Assembly (NCBI GenBank): GCA_965216565.1
Contig: OZ244170.1
Coordinates: 4,096,001 to 4,160,000, forward strand
Reading direction: 5' to 3'
Source: Bythopirellula sp.
GTDB lineage: Bacteria; Planctomycetota; Planctomycetia; Pirellulales; Lacipirellulaceae
DNA length: 64,000 bases
A program made the translations under genes and the position numbers. The notes under the pieces are model-generated. The model saw nothing but the letters and a program-made list of their open reading frames with translations, was not told the DNA's origin and made no database searches. Shown here piece by piece: positions 56,822 to 64,000 of the stretch. How positions within the stretch are numbered: the stretch's first letter is position 1; every line of letters starts with the position of its first letter.

Positions 56822-58534
56822 TCACCTTCCCAGAGATCGCCTTCGCCCAAGTAGGGAGGCAGACAAGTAGGCTAGCAGAAGCAAGGCATTGGGTTCGGGG
56901 ACGATAAAAAACACATTGTTCTGCATCGACATGCCAGTGTTGAGCTCAATCACCTGGCTGAGCGTATGGTTCTCTAAGTCTACGAGCGAATCGACAAACG
57001 GATCGTCGAAGAAGTCGTCCCCTGTATAGAAGAATCGATCAGCATCGCGGAGCCGCGTGAATTGGGAACTGAGGATTGCAGTCCCCAAGTCGCCCATGCT
57101 AGACCCAGGCAGGTGATCTTCGGAGATAATTCCGACCCACATATCGAGATTGTCGACGGTGTTGTAGGCGCTGGCTAGTTGGGCCTGGAGTACAGGATCA
57201 GAAGTTAGGTCGGCAAACGAATTCACAGGTGGGAGGCCGTAAGACGTTCGTGATTGATTGTAGCTATTTAGCAGGCCATGATCGCGCCCCCGCTGGATAT
57301 CGAGTGCCGCAAGATCGAGGGGAATACCCGATCCTGGCGGACCAAGCAGCATATTGCGAAGTTCGTCGACCATCTTGGTATCGTTTTCTTGCGCCGCCTG
57401 ACTTGCCAGTCCCTTGAGGATTTGGTTAGCAACCGTGGGATCGTTCGATAACAGACTTGGGTTCATCGATGCCTGAACCAATCCTAGCGTCCCAGCATTT
57501 GACCCATCTGGGTTTGCAAGTGCCAACTGGGGAGACTGCATGCTGTGGCCATATCGAAACGCCGCTGTTGAGAAGGCAAGCGTGATTGAAGCGTCGTTAA
57601 AGAGATCATAAGAAAAGTCTTCCGCCAACGGTGCAGTACTACCGATCATGGCTGGCAGGAACTCGTTGTACGTGATTGCCTGCATCTCCGCCCCCACAAT
57701 CTTGCGGGCCCGTTGATAGATTTCTTCATCTGTTAGCGTAGCGTCATTTGCCGCAAGCAAGTCTGCTAGGCGATTGTGTTCGCGGACAAAGAGAGCGTGG
57801 ATCGAAGTGAGTCCGACGTTTTCATTGGCACGCTCGTCGCCTGCCAGAAAGAACCCGCCGGCATTGGTTCCCGGCAGCAAACCACCCGCGGAGGTAATTA
57901 ACTTGCCACCCGCCATCGTCCGCAACGATGCGGCCGTTCCCGCATCGCTGCCATACACATTCGAAGCGTCGATGTACGACGTGTTACTATTAATTTGCCA
58001 ACGCGGTTCAAACTCGAACCCTTGCGAAGTGAGCACCATGCTGCCATCACCCGAATTCGGATCAAACTCCGACCGGTTAAAAGGGATCGGGCCCGGACCG
58101 AGAGGATCGTTGGGGTCGTTGATCGGAATACTGAAGTCGCCCGCAGCCCCAGTCGAAAGGTTATTAAAGACCGAGCCGGTGCGAATGAGGGACATGTCGT
58201 GTGTTAGAAACTGGCCCCAATGGACAACCCAGTCCGACAGCCCGCGCGCATTGATAATACTCCCCGTTTGCGCCAGGACAATATTACTTACGTCCCGCGG
58301 GTTAGGCTTGCCGGCGCGAGTAATCTCATCACCGATCTGATCGGGGTAGTCATCGTCGTAGCCAAAACGAACAACCCGTTCGCCTGCCACCCCTGCTTTG
58401 GTAAAGAAAGTGTTGTTTCCTGTTCCGTCAAACGTGCGGAACTCTTGGCCGCTTGAGCTATCTATCGCAAGCGATGCTGCCAGGCAGAGAGCAATATAGC
58501 ACCGATTCCTTCGTAATCCTGAGACGCACAACAT
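56822..58534 (-). CDS. Heme peroxidase (peroxidase-cyclooxygenase superfamily) with PEP-CTERM anchor
   Basis: RTFDGTGNN, WGQFLTHD, TSYIDASNVYG, AGDERANEN, FVREHN, AFRYGHS, IQRGRDHG; VPEPN-TM-RRR. Confidence 0.92.
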   Translation of the reverse strand: MLCVSGLRRNRCYIALCLAASLAIDSSSGQEFRTFDGTGNNTFFTKAGVAGERVVRFGYDDDYPDQIGDEITRAGKPNPRDVSNIVLAQTGSIINARGLSDWVVHWGQFLTHDMSLIRTGSVFNNLSTGAAGDFSIPINDPNDPLGPGPIPFNRSEFDPNSGDGSMVLTSQGFEFEPRWQINSNTSYIDASNVYGSDAGTAASLRTMAGGKLITSAGGLLPGTNAGGFFLAGDERANENVGLTSIHALFVREHNRLADLLAANDATLTDEEIYQRARKIVGAEMQAITYNEFLPAMIGSTAPLAEDFSYDLFNDASITLAFSTAAFRYGHSMQSPQLALANPDGSNAGTLGLVQASMNPSLLSNDPTVANQILKGLASQAAQENDTKMVDELRNMLLGPPGSGIPLDLAALDIQRGRDHGLLNSYNQSRTSYGLPPVNSFADLTSDPVLQAQLASAYNTVDNLDMWVGIISEDHLPGSSMGDLGTAILSSQFTRLRDADRFFYTGDDFFDDPFVDSLVDLENHTLSQVIELNTGMSMQNNVFFIVPEPNALLLLAYLSASLLGRRRSLGR

Positions 58535-58795
58535 CAAGGAATCAATCGCTTTCTGAGGTAGATGAGTTGAGATCTTCGAATAACCTTTGGAAACTGAGAA
58601 ATCGCGAGTTGTTTAGGATAACAAGAAACTAATCTATGGCCCAATATTTTGGTATAACAAGGGATTCTTAGACACTAGATTTTGGGCGGGGAATTCTAGT
58701 CGATTCACTTTTTTGTCCAAAATCACATTGCTGTTGTAGTTGCTCTCTAGAGGTCGTTGTATTCATTTCTTTAGGTTCAAGATCCGGGCTGATTT

Positions 58796-60481
58796 ATGGC
58801 TCCCGTTCGAATTGGCACTATTTCCGCAATGGCTCTCTTGGGAGCTGTCCTAGGCGATCCCGTCATCCATGCCCAGCCCGCAGTGGAGGGCCAATGGGGC
58901 AGCGTGCTTAATTGGCCACTCGAAGCAATTCACTCCGTCATGCTGCCCACGGGCAAAGTTATGGTTTGGCAGTCGTGGCAGACCAGCGTCGCCCTTTGGG
59001 ACCCGGCAACCGGTTCGTTTGAGGATGCCGAGTTTCCCTCGGTCAACATTTTTTGCTCCGCTCACACTTGGCTGCCCGACGGCAGATTGTTTGTGGTGGG
59101 TGGTCAAAAGCCGGCTGGAAGTTTATGGGGAGAGCCAACCGCCGACATCTACGACCCCTGGACGAATACCTGGGCATCGCAAGATCCAAACGTCCCCGAT
59201 GTTCCTGCCATGAACCTCGGACGGTGGTACCCCAGCGCAACAACTATGGGCAACGGCGACATACTCGTGACTTCGGGATACTATTCTCCGAACCCGCCCT
59301 TCCCTACAAGACTCAATCCCTTGCCGCAAGTCTATGAGCATGAAACCAATACTTGGCGTGATTTGACCGATGCAAATCAACATATACCGGAATACCCGCG
59401 AATGATGCTGGCCCCTGATGGTCGTGTTGCATTGCTTGCCGACTTTGCCAGCGATTCGCAATGGCTGGATACTTCGGGGACGGGTCAGTGGTCTTTCTTA
59501 GGCGACAATCTCGACGGCGGTCTGCGCGACTATGGCCCTGCCGTGATGTACGACGCAGGCAAGGTTGCCTACTTGGGTGGAGGCGGAAACCCCACACAAA
59601 AAGTCAATCTGCTTGATCTCAACGACGCAAATCCGCAATGGACTTATGGTGCCGACGACATGACTCAACCCCGTCGGCAGAACAACGCGACTATATTAGC
59701 CGATGGCACGGTATTGATTACAGGTGGTACAAGTACCTCAAACAATGATCCGAATGGTGCCGTAACCACCGCCGAAATTTGGGATCCCGTTACCGAGCAA
59801 GTCACTCAGGTTGCCTCAGCAAGTAACATCTACCGTGGCTATCACTCCACCGCCCTGTTGCTTCCCGATGGCAGCGTATTAGTTGCCGGAGGAGAACATA
59901 ACCACAACAATAACGGACCCTTTGTTCAGAATTACGATGCAGAAATCTATGAGCCCGCCTATATGCACAGCGGTTCGCGTCCGACGATTACGGACCTACC
60001 CGACGCCGTGAGTTATGGAGAAACTTTTTTTGTAGAAACGCCAGACGCAGCAATCATCGCTCGCGCATTAATGGTCGTGCCAGGGGCCGTTACGCATGCT
60101 CAGGACTGGAGCCAACGGGCCAACCGGCTCGATGTGACGGAGGTTAGCGGTGGAGTTGAAATCACGCTTACCTCCAATTCCAACGAAGCCCCTCCGGGCA
60201 ACTACATGCTCTTTCTGATCGATGACAATGGCATCCCCTCGGTCGCCGAGTTTTTTATGGCAGAGTTCGGACAGCCGGGAGATTTTAATTTCGACGGCAA
60301 CGTTGATGGACTCGATTTTCTCGCCTGGCAAAGCGACCCCACTGTGGGCAGCTTGTCTGAGTGGGAGGCAAACTACGGAAATCCTACCGCTGCCTCTACC
60401 GTACCCGAGCCGTCTACTATCTTGATGGCCCTGGGGGCATTCTCTGCCTTAGGTTTTTTCTCGGCTCGGTATCGTCGCTGA
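58796..60481 (+). CDS. Galactose-oxidase-like copper radical oxidase (AA5) with dockerin-like motif and PEP-CTERM anchor
   Basis: IFCSAH (Cys), GRWYPS (Tyr), RGYHSTALLLPDG (Tyr-His), VTH (His), APPGNYMLF; VPEPS-TM-RYRR. Confidence 0.9.
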   Translation: MAPVRIGTISAMALLGAVLGDPVIHAQPAVEGQWGSVLNWPLEAIHSVMLPTGKVMVWQSWQTSVALWDPATGSFEDAEFPSVNIFCSAHTWLPDGRLFVVGGQKPAGSLWGEPTADIYDPWTNTWASQDPNVPDVPAMNLGRWYPSATTMGNGDILVTSGYYSPNPPFPTRLNPLPQVYEHETNTWRDLTDANQHIPEYPRMMLAPDGRVALLADFASDSQWLDTSGTGQWSFLGDNLDGGLRDYGPAVMYDAGKVAYLGGGGNPTQKVNLLDLNDANPQWTYGADDMTQPRRQNNATILADGTVLITGGTSTSNNDPNGAVTTAEIWDPVTEQVTQVASASNIYRGYHSTALLLPDGSVLVAGGEHNHNNNGPFVQNYDAEIYEPAYMHSGSRPTITDLPDAVSYGETFFVETPDAAIIARALMVVPGAVTHAQDWSQRANRLDVTEVSGGVEITLTSNSNEAPPGNYMLFLIDDNGIPSVAEFFMAEFGQPGDFNFDGNVDGLDFLAWQSDPTVGSLSEWEANYGNPTAASTVPEPSTILMALGAFSALGFFSARYRR

Positions 60482-60542
60482 GAGATTATGCTTGAAGAAG
60501 AATGTCTTGCCGCACCACTGATTGAGCCACACTGCAATAGTC

Positions 60543-61166
60543 ATGAGACTTTTCATTTTCATGGTCGCAATGATGCCTCTGTCCGCGCTGGGGCAGACCA
60601 GCTTTAGATCCACCCTCGATTCATCTCAGGTAGTGAATAACCCTTCAGACTCAACGGCAACGGGGGTAGCCACCCTCACCCTCAACGCCGAACAGACAGA
60701 GCTTGCTTATTCGGTCCAGTTCTTTGGTGTCGATCTCGAACCTGTTGCTGAGAATCGAAGCGATCCAAACGATATCGTGGCGATCCATATCCACCTTCAT
60801 GTTCAAGATGTTATAGGACCGCACATCCTTAACATCTTCGGCGTTCCATCGTTGGACGACGATGACTTAGTGGTCGACTATGAGAATGAGTCGTTCTCTG
60901 GCGTGTACGACGCCAGCGATGCCTCCCGCGACCCAAATACCGGCGCGGTTTTACCGCAAGCTTTTCCACTCACGACAAAACTCTTTCCAACGTCATTCCG
61001 GTTGCAGGAATTGCTTAACGGCGAGTGGTATTTCGCGGTTCACACCAAAGGCACGCCTGGCGTCACCCTCCGAGGAGAAATCTTTGTCGTCCCAGAGCCC
61101 TCCTCTGCACTGCTTTTAACGCTTGCTATGGCGGGCGGAGTGCTTCGAGAATTCCAACACAAATAA
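60543..61166 (+). CDS. CHRD domain PEP-CTERM protein
   Basis: STATGVATLTL, AIHIH, YFAVHT...LRGEI; VPEPSS tail; start 60543 (ATG) or 60522 (TTG). Confidence 0.85.
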   Translation: MRLFIFMVAMMPLSALGQTSFRSTLDSSQVVNNPSDSTATGVATLTLNAEQTELAYSVQFFGVDLEPVAENRSDPNDIVAIHIHLHVQDVIGPHILNIFGVPSLDDDDLVVDYENESFSGVYDASDASRDPNTGAVLPQAFPLTTKLFPTSFRLQELLNGEWYFAVHTKGTPGVTLRGEIFVVPEPSSALLLTLAMAGGVLREFQHK

Positions 61167-61420
61167 CCTGAGCAGGTTCCTCATCGCAGAACATTCTGTA
61201 AGCCGGCTTGGAAATTAGGTTGTCCAGAGCCTGAGACATCGTCAATGAGGCGTCACTTGAACGCAAGGCAACATTCTGGGTGCCGACCCAGGGTGTACCA
61301 GAATTCAGAGTCGAGTTCTGAGGATCAAGTAGGTCCCCGAAGCAACTCTTGGCGTAGTAAGCACGCCTTGTAGGAGGCGAATGCTTCGTCTAAGAATATT
61401 TGTTATCTGACGTTGAATGG

Positions 61421-64000
61421 CTATTCATGCCGCGGCACATGATGGTTGTGTCCCAGGAGATGTCCCATCTCGTGAAATACTACGGACATAAGATCGTAGG
61501 CCCCATCTTCGCTAGGGTACAGTTCGGGTAGCAGGTAGTTCTCGAATTCGTCCCAGAAGTTTATCGAGAGTGGTTCTTCAGTGATAGAATAGCCGCGTCC
61601 CGCCCCGTCCTCGTCGATCCAGACAGTATTTGTTTGTGTATCGGCAATTCCTAGAAAGTCGTTGGGCAGATTCACAAGTTTGTACTGTGTGGTTTGCAGC
61701 TCGTTCAAGTCGGATTCCGGCAAGCCTGCAAGACTGAGCTGTGATAACGCCAAATCGACAGCAGACTCTAATTGCTGTTCTGCGAGTTTCTTAGCCGGAC
61801 GTGGATTGTCTTGAGTCGTGATGGCAGCGGTGAGAGGACCAGCAGGCAATACATCGATATTGATGTTTCCTAGTGCGACATCGCCTCCACCACCCGAGCC
61901 CGTATTTCCGCCGTCGTTGACGGAAATTGAAAGCAAGTCGACGTCTTCGCCCAAGAGCCCAGCACCAGGAAAGAATCCAATATTGGTGGTGACGTCGATA
62001 AAGGCGTTGAGATTGGTGATTGTTCCCGTCAGCGAGAGTGTATCGGTGTCGCTGCCTGCAACGGTAACGCCTCCGCCGTCCGTGGCAGAAAGATCGCTCA
62101 ATCCTGCGGACAGCGTGACGGTGACTAGGCCGCTTGCCGAGTCGACATCTGCGATATCGATTTGGCTGAGATCGATGCCAGAAAGTAAACCGGTAATTAC
62201 GGAAAGATCGGTAGGTAGCGCTCCAGCATTGGTGGGATCGTCGTTGACAGCCGAGAGATCGACGTCGATGGTGCCAAACAGGATGTCGCTTCCACCGCCG
62301 GTTCCGGTGTTGCCCCCATCGTTGACAATCACCTTGATGGAAGCGGCGTCGTCGCCGGTAAGGTTCAGCGCCCCGAGATACCCGACATTGGTAGAGACTG
62401 CCAAATAGGCGTTGAGTTCCGCCAAGGTGCCGGTGAGAGTGACCATGTTGGTGCCGTTGCCGGTAGTATCGATCGACGCGTCGACCACCACCTGGAGAAT
62501 ACCTGTATCGGCCATCAGGGTGACGGTCAGGTCGCTGGTCCCGGCATCGACATCGGCGATTGAAATACCGCTGAGGTTGAGGTCGGTGAGGGTGTCTTCG
62601 ACCGCTGCCAACGTGGTAGGGAGCGCTCCAGCATTGGTGGGATCGTCGTTGACAGCCGAGAGATCGACGTCGATGGTGCCAAACAGGATGTCGCTTCCAC
62701 CGCCGGTTCCGGTGTTGCCCCCATCGTTGACAATCACCTTGATGGAAGCGGCGTCGTCGCCGGTAAGGTTCAGCGCCCCGAGATACCCGACATTGGTAGA
62801 GACTGCCAAATAGGCGTTGAGTTCCGCCAAGGTGCCGGTGAGAGTGACCATGTTGGTGCCGTTGCCGGTAGTATCGATCGACGCGTCGACCACCACCTGG
62901 AGAATACCTGTATCGGCCATCAGGGTGACGGTCAGGTCGCTGGTCCCGGCATCGACATCGGCGATTGAAATACCGCTGAGGTTGAGGTCGGTGAGGGTGT
63001 CTTCGACCGCTGCCAACGTGGTAGGGAGCGATCCAGCATTGGTGGGATCGTCGTTGACAGCCGAGAGATCGACGTCGATGGTGCCAAACAGGATGTCGCT
63101 TCCACCGCCGGTTCCGGTGTTGCCCCCATCGTTGACAATCACCTCGATGGAAGCGGCGTCGTCGCCGGTGAGGTTCAGCGCCCCGAGATACCCGACATTG
63201 GTAGAGACTGCCAAATAGGCGTTGAGTTCCGCCAAGGTGCCGGTGAGAGTGACCATGTTGGTGCCGTTGCCGGTAGTATCGATCGACGCGTCGACCACCA
63301 CCTGGAGAATACCTGTATCGGCCATCAGGGTGACGGTCAGGTCGCTGGTCCCGGCATCGACATCGGCGATTGAAATACCGCTGAGGTTGAGGTCGGTGAG
63401 GGTGTCTTCGACCGCTGCCAACGTGGTAGGGAGCGATCCAGCATTGGTGGGATCGTCGTTGACAGCCGAGAGATCGACGTCGATGGTGCCGAGTGATATG
63501 AGTGTTGTGCCATCCTCGATCTCCACCGATAACGAATCGATGTCGTCGCCTGCGACATGCAATGCGCCGACATACCTGATGTTGCTGGAACTATCGAGAT
63601 AAGTGTTGAGATCACCAGGTAGTCCCGTGAGGGTTAAGGTATTTGTCGTAGAGCCTGCCGCAGTTACACTGCCTCCGCTTGTGGCCAGCAGACTACCGCT
63701 ACCGGCAGTGATGGTGAGTGTAATAACTTCATCGTCAGGTTCGCTAAGCAACAACTCACTAAGATCGACATCTGAAGGGAGGTCCTCGGTCGCATCAATG
63801 TCTGTCGGCATTGAGCCCAGGTTGCTTGGTGGGTCATCCACTGCCGTAATATCGACATTGACATCGCCCAGAGCAACCGGTGCCCCACCATCACTCACTG
63901 AGAGCGAGATCGTCGCCACGTCGTTTCCGGCGAGATCAGCAGGGCCCAGGTACCCGACATTGCTGATCGAATCGAGATAGGCATTGATCTGGGCATCAGT
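61421..64000 (-). CDS. Large repetitive adhesin-like surface protein, 3' part (5' end beyond right edge), with C-terminal HExxH motif
   Basis: Frame open to 64000; acidic 135-aa cadherin/Ig-like repeats (AVNDDP...VNDGGNTG); HEMGHLLGHNH at C-terminus. Confidence 0.85.
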   Translation of the reverse strand, partial: TDAQINAYLDSISNVGYLGPADLAGNDVATISLSVSDGGAPVALGDVNVDITAVDDPPSNLGSMPTDIDATEDLPSDVDLSELLLSEPDDEVITLTITAGSGSLLATSGGSVTAAGSTTNTLTLTGLPGDLNTYLDSSSNIRYVGALHVAGDDIDSLSVEIEDGTTLISLGTIDVDLSAVNDDPTNAGSLPTTLAAVEDTLTDLNLSGISIADVDAGTSDLTVTLMADTGILQVVVDASIDTTGNGTNMVTLTGTLAELNAYLAVSTNVGYLGALNLTGDDAASIEVIVNDGGNTGTGGGSDILFGTIDVDLSAVNDDPTNAGSLPTTLAAVEDTLTDLNLSGISIADVDAGTSDLTVTLMADTGILQVVVDASIDTTGNGTNMVTLTGTLAELNAYLAVSTNVGYLGALNLTGDDAASIKVIVNDGGNTGTGGGSDILFGTIDVDLSAVNDDPTNAGALPTTLAAVEDTLTDLNLSGISIADVDAGTSDLTVTLMADTGILQVVVDASIDTTGNGTNMVTLTGTLAELNAYLAVSTNVGYLGALNLTGDDAASIKVIVNDGGNTGTGGGSDILFGTIDVDLSAVNDDPTNAGALPTDLSVITGLLSGIDLSQIDIADVDSASGLVTVTLSAGLSDLSATDGGGVTVAGSDTDTLSLTGTITNLNAFIDVTTNIGFFPGAGLLGEDVDLLSISVNDGGNTGSGGGGDVALGNINIDVLPAGPLTAAITTQDNPRPAKKLAEQQLESAVDLALSQLSLAGLPESDLNELQTTQYKLVNLPNDFLGIADTQTNTVWIDEDGAGRGYSITEEPLSINFWDEFENYLLPELYPSEDGAYDLMSVVFHEMGHLLGHNHHVPRHE
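62217..63490. repeat. Intragenic tandem repeat, 405-bp period, about 3.1 near-identical copies
   Basis: Unit starts at 62217, 62622, 63027, 63432; only isolated substitutions between copies. Confidence 0.95.

Noticed and set aside
61818..63980. Repeated plus-strand and alternate-frame ORFs
   Set aside because: Shadows of the adhesin's 405-bp repeat
1..64000. CRISPR arrays, tRNA/rRNA, transposases, integrases, exosortase
   Set aside because: None seen; all repeats found are intragenic, and the exosortase for the PEP-CTERM proteins must be encoded elsewhere

Overview
Gene-dense accessory region from a planctomycete, most likely Pirellulales/Lacipirellulaceae (inferred from the mix of DUF1559 prepilin-like, DUF1501/PSD1-cytochrome c and dockerin-like+PEP-CTERM proteins). 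Left arm (1-15 kb): surface peptidases and PEP-CTERM proteins, a DUF1559/lipoprotein pair, an AmpG-like permease and an apparently complete 4-hydroxyproline catabolic operon with an Xaa-Pro aminopeptidase; TTGT-N2-ACAA-like palindromes sit in both divergent promoters. Middle (15-54 kb): a large glycan-utilisation locus with four GH127/GH146-type beta-L-arabinofuranosidases, two sulfatases, GalM, DUF5695, a GH63-like protein, an orphan sugar-binding protein, three more DUF1559 genes, a PEP-CTERM array and an ECF sigma/FecR pair, but no SusC/TonB receptor. Right arm: another PEP-CTERM array, a head-to-head pair of surface-anchored heme peroxidase and copper radical oxidase, a CHRD protein, and the 3' end of a large adhesin-like gene with 405-bp tandem repeats. 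Top observations: (1) the tripeptide D-P-N occurs in all 13 PEP-CTERM proteins (38 by hand count) but only once in the other ~32 proteins; (2) the oxidase/peroxidase pair; (3) the combined Hyp + beta-L-Araf gene set suggests use of hydroxyproline-rich glycoproteins; (4) a 176-bp gene-conversion-like tract between PEP-CTERM paralogues. No rRNA, tRNA, CRISPR or mobile element was seen. All family calls come from motif recognition by eye, not database searches.
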